From Ophelia neglecta (lineage: Eukaryota), in NCBI GenBank assembly GCA_965285935.1, contig OZ260661.1, positions 14,012,001-14,076,000 of the forward strand: DNA of 64,000 nt. The letters are read 5' to 3'. This document shows positions 37,417 through 47,230 of this stretch, piece after piece. Below the pieces are notes generated by a model. It saw only the letters and a list, made by a program, of their open reading frames with translations. It was not told where the DNA came from and did not search any database. Every line of letters begins with the position of its first letter. The first letter of the stretch is position 1. The translations under genes and the position numbers were made by a program.

Positions 37417-37752
37417 ATGCCAAGGAGGAAAGGGATATCAAAACAGGATGTGTCCTTTGAGAACAGGTTGGATAATATTTTCACAAATCCACGTAGTGCA
37501 GGAAGCTTTGGGGGTGTAGATGCACTGTTTAAAGCTGTTCATAAAGATTGAAATAAAAAGTTCATTTCAAAAGGCAGAGTGAAAAATTATTTGTTATTTC
37601 AAAGAGCTTACACCCTACACAAACAACCCAAACAAGATCTTCCGAAAGATATCAACCCGGAAATTAACCAAGGCGTCCAACAAGATTTTTTTGGCACGGG
37701 TAACGAAGTGAAGCTGGAATTACATTTTAGACCTGTTAAACATGGCCACTAG
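37417..37752 (+). pseudogene. Integrase N-terminal remnant fused in frame to a penton-like C-terminus, with an internal stop (TGA 37549-37551)
   Basis: Manual translation MPRRKG...LDNIFTNPRSAGSFGGVDALFKAVHKD*NKKFISKGRVKNYLLFQRAYTLHKQPK...EVKLELHFRPVKHGH*; GSFGGV...AYTLHK is the Polinton integrase N-terminal signature; no DDE core. Confidence 0.8.
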
Positions 37753-38725
37753 TGAACTTAACAAGCTCTCTAACGACGATAGTGATTATGAGGACTTTTT
37801 TCTGAGTGTTAGCAGTAAAAGAACACGGTTGACATCTACCAATAACCTTACAGATTTCTCAACTGTTTTAGACGCACCAATAGACTTTAACAAGCAATAT
37901 GAGGTGGGTATAAATCGAGTGTCTATCCCCTTGAAGTGGACATGTTTCGGTTCTAGTTTAAGACAAAGATTATCATATACAGTGCAGTATGTAGAAGCTC
38001 GGGTAAGCACTCAACACGTGCGAAATAAAATGCGCTATTATGAACACGGTCGCCATTTCGCTGATACCCAAAACATGCCTCTAGACAGCATAGCATTTCC
38101 CGATGGAGCTTTTTCTACTCCTAAAGAATTTATTGACACGTTTAAGCTTTTAAGTGGAAGTCATTATGCGGGTCCAAAAGGTTTTATACCTTTCGACCAG
38201 GTCGTTTCTGTAGAGTATCTGCCTACGACTGGTCAAACTGTTTTTACAATAAAAGACGCTTCATTGGGTGTTTTGATAAAATTCAACACACCGGAGGCAG
38301 CTGATATGTTTGGTTTCACTAACGACCATCCCAAGATGGTAAACAATCTTTTGATTTTGTACAGCAGCTCCCCATGCAAAAGTAATGTACGTCCCAAATT
38401 AAATGACTATTTGAAAGGTCATTTCATTTTAACTGCAGATTTTATACAGCCAGAGATCTTTGAAAACCGAAGACTTAATGTTCTAGGGTTAATTGACATG
38501 GGAGTTAGTGAGGCGCGTACATACGACAGGTACTTTTTGAGCAAACCAGGTAAAAATAGAGTGTATAAAAAGCTTTGTAAGAACAGTTTGGATATACTAA
38601 GATTCCAATTGTTTGAATCTAATGGTGAAAAAGGGGACTTTTATCCAAGTCGTACCAACATATTTCAAGAGGAGGTTCGCATTACTTTGCACTTCAGACC
38701 AGTATTGAACAGTGTTGGCATATGA
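37742..38725 (+). CDS. Minor capsid (penton-like single jelly-roll) protein 1, 327 aa
   Basis: FFLSVSS...NNLTDFSTVLDAPIDF..QYEVGI..VSIP N-terminus and ITLHFRP C-terminus. Confidence 0.8.
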   Translation: MATSELNKLSNDDSDYEDFFLSVSSKRTRLTSTNNLTDFSTVLDAPIDFNKQYEVGINRVSIPLKWTCFGSSLRQRLSYTVQYVEARVSTQHVRNKMRYYEHGRHFADTQNMPLDSIAFPDGAFSTPKEFIDTFKLLSGSHYAGPKGFIPFDQVVSVEYLPTTGQTVFTIKDASLGVLIKFNTPEAADMFGFTNDHPKMVNNLLILYSSSPCKSNVRPKLNDYLKGHFILTADFIQPEIFENRRLNVLGLIDMGVSEARTYDRYFLSKPGKNRVYKKLCKNSLDILRFQLFESNGEKGDFYPSRTNIFQEEVRITLHFRPVLNSVGI

Positions 38726-40697
38726 GAGTACATTCAAAATGTCTGCTGTGGAGCTAGACAAACATGTTATTTTACAGTCGTTCGCCTCCAGTAACAGGTT
38801 TGATAACACTATATCGCACTTTACTAATGTTCTCCACGCGCCTATAAACCTGCCAGGCGAATGGGATGTTGCACTAAATTCGATCTCTTACCCTAAAACA
38901 TGGGTAAGTGTTTCTAACGATAAAGGAACGACTATTAAATGCGTGCCAGAATTGATGTTTCCTAGACAGGATAGCCGGAATAACTTTTTACTTAATTCTA
39001 CGTCAGAAGCATCGGTCTTAAGAGATCTATATCACACATCATGTGAACGATTATGGCCAGCCGGGTCGTATTCCACGCCTGAAGCTGTGATCGCTACTTT
39101 TTTTAACCTATTCACAAATATACCTATACTCGATGTTAAAGATTTGAAAGACCCCACGGCCGACTTCAGAATCGCCTGGCCGTCAAAAAATGTTAACTTA
39201 AATTCAGTATATAATCCGTTACAAACAAGGTCACTGACTGCGTTAATTGACATAACATTCTTTAAGAAAACACGCAAGTTTGGGTTTAAGTTGAAAGGAA
39301 TTCATCTCTTGTCTTTACCTGGCAATGTGAAGATGCCATACTTGAATATAATCATACCAGTGCCTGTTCTAGATGATATTGCTAAACAAAGTGCTCTGGA
39401 ATTGATATCTCTTTTGGGTATAGAAAGAGTTGGGAATGTAGGTTATTTACAGATTTCAAGAGCAAAAACCACATTTACCGTAGCGCCATATGCTAGTTCA
39501 ATTGATCAACACATTACCAAACTGTGGGTTGAAGCGCCAGGCCTTGTCGAACCAACTTTTGTAGGCAGTTCGTACAGGTCAATTCTTGGTCTTCTACCGG
39601 TAGGAAATGAAGAAGACGGGACTCAGATAAAAAAGGTTTTAAAAAAACCGTCTTTTATCAGAGTTCAAATGTCACAAATTAGTCAGATCGAAATTAAACT
39701 ATTAGATAATAGGGAACAGCAGGTGCCATTCAGTCACTATTCAGGATCACTGATTTTAGATTTGACATTTAGAAAATCGCTTGAAGTTAGCATAGGTCGT
39801 GAAATACGAGTTAAAGACTTTTCAGTGTACGTCGTTTCAAATCACAGTACAGACATATTCGCGAATAACAAAACTGACTTTACTAATGTGCTGGCTTCGC
39901 CATTAGAATTTAAAGCGTCGTGGGAGGTGGCCTTAACAGAGATATTTTTCAAGCAGTCTTGGACTCATTTGGACTTTGATCATACCATTTCCTTTTTTTA
40001 TACCCTTCCAAACGATTTATCCTATCAAAGAGAATTTATAATACCAGCAGGCCAGTACTCTCAACCGAGTGAATTAAGTAAAGTGTGGAATGAACAGGTT
40101 GTCACAAACTTGCAAGGTGAAGACTTCATGCAAAAGCACATTGTGCGATTAACATACTTAGAAGGTTCCAAACGGTTTTCGCTAGTGTTGGTTGATAAGC
40201 ACAAATATTTCAAATCTGTAACTGTGTTTTTTAACTTGTACAGAGATAACAAATTCAACGACGAAAAGCAGGAGTTGGTTGATTTATTCGGGTTGTATAA
40301 CCCTGAAGACTATACGAAACCAAAAACAGTTGTGCTAATGCATAAACCTCAATTGGGTTTGTGGACAGACTCCTCAACGTATATATTTAACGCACCTTTC
40401 GATGTTCAAAATAACACAGCCAATATATGGGTTCATAGCCCTTTAGTTAAACCGCAGAGAGTTGGGGATATTATGTTGAATTTATTAAATGTATTGCCTG
40501 TTACAACCATGGGTAATCTGAGTGTAAACTATAAATTTGAAAACAGGCTGTACAGAGAAATCAATAACAGCACGATAAATAACATTCGGATTCAACTTAA
40601 ATCGGGTTCCGGCTTCGTCATAGCATTTGACAAAGAGTGTAAAGAAGAGACGGTAGCGGTGTTACACTTTCGGCAATCTGATAGCGTCGTTGAGTGA
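38712..40697 (+). CDS. Minor capsid-like protein 2 with two tandem penton-like domains, 661 aa
   Basis: Two repeats: HFTNVLHAPINLPGEWDVAL..ISYP...LTFRK and DFTNVLASPLEFKASWEVALTEIFF...VLHFRQ. Confidence 0.8.
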   Translation: MLAYESTFKMSAVELDKHVILQSFASSNRFDNTISHFTNVLHAPINLPGEWDVALNSISYPKTWVSVSNDKGTTIKCVPELMFPRQDSRNNFLLNSTSEASVLRDLYHTSCERLWPAGSYSTPEAVIATFFNLFTNIPILDVKDLKDPTADFRIAWPSKNVNLNSVYNPLQTRSLTALIDITFFKKTRKFGFKLKGIHLLSLPGNVKMPYLNIIIPVPVLDDIAKQSALELISLLGIERVGNVGYLQISRAKTTFTVAPYASSIDQHITKLWVEAPGLVEPTFVGSSYRSILGLLPVGNEEDGTQIKKVLKKPSFIRVQMSQISQIEIKLLDNREQQVPFSHYSGSLILDLTFRKSLEVSIGREIRVKDFSVYVVSNHSTDIFANNKTDFTNVLASPLEFKASWEVALTEIFFKQSWTHLDFDHTISFFYTLPNDLSYQREFIIPAGQYSQPSELSKVWNEQVVTNLQGEDFMQKHIVRLTYLEGSKRFSLVLVDKHKYFKSVTVFFNLYRDNKFNDEKQELVDLFGLYNPEDYTKPKTVVLMHKPQLGLWTDSSTYIFNAPFDVQNNTANIWVHSPLVKPQRVGDIMLNLLNVLPVTTMGNLSVNYKFENRLYREINNSTINNIRIQLKSGSGFVIAFDKECKEETVAVLHFRQSDSVVE

Positions 40698-40939
40698 TAG
40701 ATACATAACTTGAATTTGAAACATATGCTTGGAAGGGCAGTCAGCTCATGTGATTTTCTAGACTCCCACGAGGCAATGACTCAATCTTCCCGCGCGTAGT
40801 CAATATGTGCAGGGTCAACTAACACAGCTGTTTCTTTTTAATATAATGTTTGCCTGGTCATCGTTCCGTGTGACATCAAAGTAAGAACGTTGATTATATT
40901 TCTGACATTTTGACATTCATGTGAGAGTGAATTATTAGT

Positions 40940-41386
40940 ATGTCAGAAGAATTTGACCTGGAGCTCTTGGCGGGGAAGGTTGATTCACCGGTAAACTTTG
41001 TGTCATACTTTCCCAAGGCATTGGATTTCGCTGACGGAGGTCTATGGCACGTTGCCTTGAGCAAGGCGGTTTTTTCATTTATCCCGCCAAAAATGGTGTT
41101 CGTGCATTTAGACATTGTCGAACCTGTTGCTTATGGCTCTATAATGAAAAGCCTACTGAGACTGATCATGCCTTTACACGAAAATGAAAGACATTTCGAA
41201 TACACTCCCAATGAATTGCTCTATATAAAAACGCTCACCAAGTCGTTTAATTTCATAAGGGTAACACTTGCGGACGGAAATGGCAACCTGTTAAAACTTC
41301 CTAACCTTAAACACTTGCATAAATACCAGCACTCAGTTAGTTTAACGTTAAGCTTTAAACACGTGTTTCCACCCCCCGAGCTGTAA
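40940..41386 (+). CDS. Minimal penton-like minor capsid protein 3, 148 aa
   Basis: NFVSYFPKALDF..GLWHVAL...VFVHLDIVEP..YG....LLR...YI......IRVTL.D.NG...LTLSFK. Confidence 0.7.
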   Translation: MSEEFDLELLAGKVDSPVNFVSYFPKALDFADGGLWHVALSKAVFSFIPPKMVFVHLDIVEPVAYGSIMKSLLRLIMPLHENERHFEYTPNELLYIKTLTKSFNFIRVTLADGNGNLLKLPNLKHLHKYQHSVSLTLSFKHVFPPPEL

Positions 41387-41427
41387 GGTCAACTTTTATA
41401 AGGGCTTAGCAAGTGAAATAACATATA

Positions 41428-41823
41428 ATGCCCACCTCAACACCTAACACGCTCACAAGTTCAAAGTGGCCAACAACGACAACCAAAACGGATAAAACGG
41501 ACAAAACGGATGGTCTAGCTGATATCGACATTCTTCCGACGGAGTCGAACAGAGACTTAGATAATGTGAAATGGAGCTGGAAAAATTCTATTCCCCAAAG
41601 GAACTTGTATGTGTTCATAATTCAATTCATATTCATATACAGTTTGCTGGGCAGTGTGATCCTCACTAGCCTTTACAACCTTACAACAAAGGTGGAAGGA
41701 CGAGAATATTGGATTGGATTACTTAGCGGAACATTGGGGATTTTAATTCCATCTCCCTCCCAAATTCATAAGGGAGCTGTTAAACCAGAAAAATCTGCTT
41801 CAACGAAAATAGAAAAACAATAA
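41428..41823 (+). CDS. Small two-TM membrane protein, 131 aa
   Basis: Hydrophobic VFIIQFIFIYSLLGSVILTSLYNLT and YWIGLLSGTLGILIPSP segments. Confidence 0.7.
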   Translation: MPTSTPNTLTSSKWPTTTTKTDKTDKTDGLADIDILPTESNRDLDNVKWSWKNSIPQRNLYVFIIQFIFIYSLLGSVILTSLYNLTTKVEGREYWIGLLSGTLGILIPSPSQIHKGAVKPEKSASTKIEKQ

Positions 41824-41826
41824 ACT

Positions 41827-42297
41827 ATGCCTGGAAAGGATGGGAATCTGCATGCTATTAAGCCTTTAAACAATAATCAAATTGTAAGGAAAATGAGACG
41901 CATGACGACTCGATTCAGAGGAGTGTTTGACCAGGATTCGTTGCCTGGAAGAAAGTTTAAATTGCCCTGGGCGATAATAGTCAACACTTTTGTGGATACT
42001 AATCCCATACCCGGCCATTGGGTTGGATTTATTTTTATGAAAAGCGGAAAAGGCTTTTATTATGATTCATATGGAAAACCCCCTCCATTTAAATCTTGGA
42101 TAACATTTTTGAATAAAAACAGCCCTAAAGGCTGGACTTATATAAAAAAGAGATCTCAAAAGTTTGGAACCGCAACTTGCGGACACTTGACGATGGATTT
42201 TATCTTGAGAAAACTTAAAAGTACTGGGATGAATAATTCAAGAATTTTATCTCATCTTAGCGGTTTGAAGTCGTATAGAAGATATCTTAAATATTAA
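41827..42297 (+). CDS. Adenain-like cysteine (maturation) protease, 156 aa
   Basis: FRGVF..D, IVNT, GHWV (His), YYDSYG (Asp), Q....ATCGH (oxyanion Gln and Cys). Confidence 0.92.
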   Translation: MPGKDGNLHAIKPLNNNQIVRKMRRMTTRFRGVFDQDSLPGRKFKLPWAIIVNTFVDTNPIPGHWVGFIFMKSGKGFYYDSYGKPPPFKSWITFLNKNSPKGWTYIKKRSQKFGTATCGHLTMDFILRKLKSTGMNNSRILSHLSGLKSYRRYLKY

Positions 42298-42780
42298 ATA
42301 ATCTTAGAGCGTATATTATCATTTATATCAATTCCGCTTATAGTAAAGGTAACTTGTGGATAAAATAGAATTAGATTATATAAAATCGAGGAGGCTTGTA
42401 TTGAATAAAGACTAAAGAGTTATATCAATTTATACTCCATGGTTGTGTTGGTTTATTTAATACAAATAATACATGTTTGCATATATATGATATATTTAAG
42501 GTCGTACTAGCCTATAGCATTTCACTAAATAATCGTTTAGACTTTAAATCTTTAACTTAAAATTCTTTAAACCATATATCTGTAATCGTCAGGCACAAAG
42601 TTAATTTCTACAGGTTATAATTTCATTTTTGATAGACGGTCGCCGTCTTTTTATTTTAAATTTTTCTGGCAAAGTTTCTCCATATTCAGCCATTGTTCCG
42701 ACTGTGGAAGTTCCGCTTGTTGTACCAATGGCAGTTTCTTGAGCGTCCGTTGGTGCGATTTGATCACATGCATTCTCTAA

Positions 42781-43296
42781 TCAGCGCATTTTCTTCTTCA
42801 CCGGCGATGGTAAGTGAGTTTGGCTAAAGGACAAGTAAAATGCGTTGTTAAAATACGGTAACAAAACTAGCATTCTACATGTGTTTGATCATAATAATAT
42901 ACATACATACATACATTTATATGATAATACATACCAAAATTGTTCGAACTGCTCATCGCTGACATGTATATAATTTCCATTGTGCATGGTTTTTCCTTTC
43001 TTGGTTACAACCACCCCCAAATTGATGATAAGATGGTGTCCAGAATTTAAATCAATAGGTTTTTTCTCGTTTAACAACTTGTTGATAATAGTGTTAGCAT
43101 AGGCTCTTTGCAGAGTCCTACCAGCGCCGCCCTCGGCCACTGTCATAATGAAGTTAGGGTCAGATGAAAAGTTAGAAGCCGTTTCTTCCAAGTTATATAT
43201 CTTGTACGGAACATTCAGCTTAAGCTGAGTAAACGAACAAATCACTTCCAACGGATTCTGCTGCTTGTACAACTGTTGGAAGGCAGCAGAATCCAT
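42781..43296 (-). CDS. Polinton hypothetical protein, predicted spliced: exons 43296-42935 and 42823-42781
   Basis: ORF 42889-43383 read from MDSAAF; donor TG|GTATGT and acceptor TTGTCCTTTAG give C-terminal CQTHLPSPVKKKMR*. Confidence 0.55.
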
Positions 43297-43525
43297 TTCG
43301 AAAGCCAACAAAGTGTTGTCACACATCGTATAGATAAGCACTGATGTGAACACGGCGTAGACAGATGAAAAAATGATCCCCAACTGAAAAATTTGAAACT
43401 TACTATAACCACGCCCTCTTATGACGTCTCGGCATCATGATTGGTTAAGGAAAGCGTTGCCAAGTCTTGGGTAGAATGATAAGGGAGATATGAATAATAG
43501 AAACAATCAACACTTACCTAGTATA

Positions 43526-43783
43526 TTAACGCTTACGACCTCTCATTTTATTGTACACAGAGTCAACGGCTCTACTAGCTACCGCTGAAGCTGCATTTTT
43601 AGCAGCGCTTTTAAACACCTTAGTGCCTAGCCTTCTAACCATTCCAGATTTAACGGCAGCTTTCACTGTTGGTAGTAGCATTTTACCTAACATTCCAAAA
43701 ACACCCCTGCCCTTTTGTTTTCTCACAACCTTTCTACGCCTGCCTTTGCGCCTACGACGTTTACCTCTACCTCGTGCACCCAT
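43526..43783 (-). CDS. Small Arg-rich core-like protein (85 aa) with QKGRG motif
   Basis: MGARGRGKRRRRKGRRRKVVRKQKGRGVFGMLGKMLLP; protamine-like N-terminus. Confidence 0.7.
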   Translation of the reverse strand: MGARGRGKRRRRKGRRRKVVRKQKGRGVFGMLGKMLLPTVKAAVKSGMVRRLGTKVFKSAAKNAASAVASRAVDSVYNKMRGRKR

Positions 43784-43852
43784 GACTTGAAATGAACAAA
43801 TGAAAGAATGGAGGTGTACTTACTCTTTTATTTTTCTCGGAATTGTAGAATA

Positions 43853-44554
43853 TCAGCCTGGCTCTTTTCCTGTGTTCCCCTGGTTTCCGTTTCTGCACAC
43901 CTTGAACAGGGCATAGTCAGATTGAGCATCCCACTGATCGTACAGGTTGTCATTATACTTCAAATGGATGTAGTAATAGTCATATGTAAGAGAGGAACCA
44001 GAGTTTTTGTTTATGACGGTTGGTAAACTCCAAAGATTTTTAACAGCATATGAGTGAGTATATGCGTTTTCTCTGAAGAACTTGTTTCTCACTAATCGAG
44101 CGACTTTGGAATCATGATTACCATAACGATAAATAATAGCACACAATTCGATATCGAGCAAGCATGTCAAGCCAATATCGTCATGAAAGTCGATAGGTTC
44201 ACTACAGTTCTTTCCTTCTTCGAACTCTTTATACGAGGCAAAAGAGGCTTCACAGTTATAAATGAGCGAGAATGTTTTGCTCCTTCCCCGAGGAGACACG
44301 TAGGTACCCCTTAAACTAATGTTTTCGATATGAAAACAGTGAGAACCTCTAAACTTATAATATCGCCTGTCACAAATCCTGATTTTCCGGAATGGAGTTT
44401 CAATGTCGAGATCAAACTCTTCAGGATTAATATGCTCGAATACATGAGTTGACGCCATATCAGCACTAACACTTGCAGAAGCCATGACGAAAGACGAATA
44501 TTGTTGAAGTGGGAAAGAATATTGAAAGTGCGCTAAGATATACATATGAGACAT
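43853..44554 (-). CDS. Polinton hypothetical protein (up to 233 aa; likely start about 44485), possibly a diverged MATH-like beta-sandwich
   Basis: Long ORF; CFHIENIS...YVSP and INKNSG....DYYYIHL weakly resemble MATH domain termini. Confidence 0.55.
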   Translation of the reverse strand: MSHMYILAHFQYSFPLQQYSSFVMASASVSADMASTHVFEHINPEEFDLDIETPFRKIRICDRRYYKFRGSHCFHIENISLRGTYVSPRGRSKTFSLIYNCEASFASYKEFEEGKNCSEPIDFHDDIGLTCLLDIELCAIIYRYGNHDSKVARLVRNKFFRENAYTHSYAVKNLWSLPTVINKNSGSSLTYDYYYIHLKYNDNLYDQWDAQSDYALFKVCRNGNQGNTGKEPG

Positions 44555-44600
44555 ATGACGTTATACAAAAAAAAGCCGTCTACCAATCAGATGACCAGCT

Positions 44601-44906
44601 TTACATATTGATAACAGCCGAGATGCCGCGTGGCATCGCCGACTCGTCTACGCGCAAATCGGCTCGCACATCTATTAGTCTGGCTTGTGGGAATTCAAAT
44701 TCTAAACGAGCCTGCACTCTAATTTCCCAATCGTGAATAAAAACATCTGCCACCGATTGAGCAGGCTCGTCATCGTCTCCTATACAATCGAGATACATAT
44801 AAATAGTATCCCTCAAATCTAGCAGACTCGTAAATATTTCCTCGACTCGCTCAAATGAAAAGGCATTACGATAGGCACTCCTATGAGATGGTTGCATTTC
44901 GCCCAT
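44601..44906 (-). CDS. Acidic hypothetical protein (101 aa) starting at the inner edge of the right TIR
   Basis: ATG-initiated ORF with protein-like composition; no family recognised. Confidence 0.4.
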   Translation of the reverse strand: MGEMQPSHRSAYRNAFSFERVEEIFTSLLDLRDTIYMYLDCIGDDDEPAQSVADVFIHDWEIRVQARLEFEFPQARLIDVRADLRVDESAMPRGISAVINM

Positions 44907-45667
44907 TTTACCGCCAAACTTGCTTCACCATGTTGAGTGCATGGCTAGAGCAGCGAGAGCAGCGAGAGCAGCGTGGTGCGAGCTGTGCGCTAGATGGCGC
45001 GGCAGTACCACTGCAGCACAGTGCAGTGCCGCAGGCTGGCTGGCTGGCTATAGGCCAACACTGTACAGGCTGCAGCGTATAGCGTATAGGACTGTGTGTG
45101 GGTGTGGCAGTGAGCGTGTGTGAGTGGCAGGCGACTCGCTGCCTCAGCTGGTTCATTGTTTGCAGCGGGCGGCCATCTTAGGGGGGGTCTGGCTAAAGAA
45201 ACAAAAGCCTAGAAGAAAGGCTCGAAATGACTGCGCGTTATAAAATTGACTTTCGCAGGTATCCGCGCGAAAGTTAATTATGAAATTAATTAGGTTTACC
45301 TGTATGATCGCCCCAGCAGCCTGTATTTTGCATGTACATGTACACGTATAAGCATATGTCACCCCAGTAATCCCCCCTCTCCCGGTGACCACACCCCGGT
45401 GACCACACCCCTCCCCCCTCCCCTATCCCTCCTATACCCCTCCTATACCCCTACACCCCCTCTACCCCCTCTACCCCCACCCCACCCTTTACCCCCACAT
45501 GACCCAGGGGGACCAATCCGCATCGAGGTCAAAGGTTAAATTTCGGTTGAATTGATTCTGGGCCCCCGACACCACGTGCCAACAACCTCCACCACGTGCT
45601 TTTGTTATTGTTCTTATTTTTGTTCTTATTTTTCGTGAGTGAGCCTCGCGGACCTACATACACTACT
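44901..45667 (-). repeat. Right terminal inverted repeat (about 767 bp)
   Basis: Reverse complement of 20267-21007; ends ...CTACATACACTACT. Confidence 0.95.
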
Positions 45668-47052
45668 GTTAAATACTCATGGCCGGGGTGATCGGGCTCG
45701 GGGGAAAAGCCGGTATCAAAAAGCCTACCTATAAGTTCGAGTAGATTAAGTCACAGTGATGTGTCTGAGGGGCAGAATTACGACAAAAAATTATTCCATG
45801 TATATGTTCTGTCGTTCAGGTACACCGCTGACCGTGTTTCAATTGTACATCCATACAGTCTCTCGCAAGAGGATATATTTGAGTTTTCTTCCATTGTCGG
45901 TCAATCCATGAACAGGGCACAACTGTCCCGGCCACAACCAAAGCGGCAAAACGCAGTTCCGGCAGCGGCAGCACAATTTAAATTTACCTTTCTCAGAGCA
46001 TAGTAAAACCGGAAATAAATTAAGATCAAAACAGCAAAGGCTATAGATAAAGTTATAACTTGGAGCTATTAGATCTATTGACAGCTTGACGGTGCCCGGC
46101 CTGTATCAGCTCGTTTACAAAAAGCTGCTCATGGAAAAGTAGAACCAAGAGGGTTCAATGAGATGTCTTAGGAATATATAGTGCAGTTTGTGCCTCCAAG
46201 CTAGTGCTAAAGACAGGATATTGGGGGCAAATGCATCTGGTAGTTTAATATTAGTCATGTGTGTTTGTCCGGGGGGGCCTCCAGGGCCTGGGCTCGAATC
46301 CGGGCCTGAGGGGGCTGTTTTCAACCAAGCCTTGTGTTGGGGGAGTGATCTATCTGACGTTCGCCTAATCTCTCGAGGAGACCACTTGTCCCGATATGAC
46401 CTCTCCAGTGTTGAAAATTAATCGGTATATTTCAACATTTTGTCCGGGGGAGGGACAATTTCTGGAACAGCCCTAATAAGAAACAATTATTCGTATAAAA
46501 GTCAGAAATTTTATTTGACTGTTATTACTATACATAAATTAAGAGAGATTATAAAAAATACATAAAAACGGATTTTATAGCATAATAACGTTTTGGCATA
46601 TATAATTGCATATATACAAGCATATGTTTATCAAAGATCAGGTGGAGGACTATGCCCTGGCCATAATTTGATAAAAGTCGCTAGCATTATAGTAAAAATG
46701 CGTTTGTTTGTGCAAACTACTGGGGTTTGGCAAGTGATGTTAACAACATAAGAAGTTAGTAGCTGATTAAGAGCTTTGAACACAGATTTAACATGGATTA
46801 AATTTACTCCGTGAATATCACCAAAAGCATGACCCACTGAACATACAGAATATTAGTCTCGCAGATGTGTGTTAACAAACGAGCCGATAGTTAATGAAAT
46901 ATCAGAAAAAAGGGATTGATAACGGTTAGACAAACCAGATGATTAATGAAGAAAGGCCATTGAATAGGTCCAAAATCGTTAGGAACCGGCAGCCCACACA
47001 CATCAATACATCGATTCCAAGCTCACAAACAGTAAAAATGGTAATGCAAATA

Positions 47053-47230
47053 CAGTGAAACCTGATAATTAAGACCACCCAAAGAACTGGAAAATGTAGG
47101 TCTGATTTTGGAGGTGGTCTGTTTAGACAGGTTATTTAACATTGAAAGTATACATCATGGTTTTCATATTAGTGGTCTGAATTGACAGGTGGTTTCATTA
47201 CAGAGGTGGTCTTTAGGGCAGGTTTCATTG
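47053..47230. mobile_element. Tc1/mariner (pogo/Tigger-like) MITE
   Basis: TA|CAGTGAAACCTG...AAGACCACC ... GGTGGTCTT...CAGGTTTCATTG|TA. Confidence 0.75.

Larger units (their letters stand above)
20267..45667. mobile_element. Polinton/Maverick (polintovirus-like) endogenous element, 25,401 bp, with defective integrase and ATPase
   Basis: AGTAGT...ACTACT termini, long TIRs, GTTAAA TSD at 20261-20266 and 45668-45673; encodes pPolB, major and minor capsid proteins, protease, and ATPase and integrase remnants. Confidence 0.97.
20147..46473. mobile_element. PIF/Harbinger-type MITE (about 920 bp when rejoined) split by the Polinton insertion
   Basis: TAA|GGGATGTTCCAGAAATT at 20144-20163 and AATTTCTGGAACAGCCC|TAA at 46457-46476: inverted termini with GGG ends and a 3-bp TAA direct repeat; a similar terminus recurs near 53108. 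Confidence 0.6.

Noticed and set aside
20267-45667. Tyrosine recombinase or another alternative integrase replacing the rve integrase
   Set aside because: No ORF with R-H-x-x-R-Y or DDE motifs recognised; the 6-bp TSD and the integrase stub point to the standard Polinton integrase
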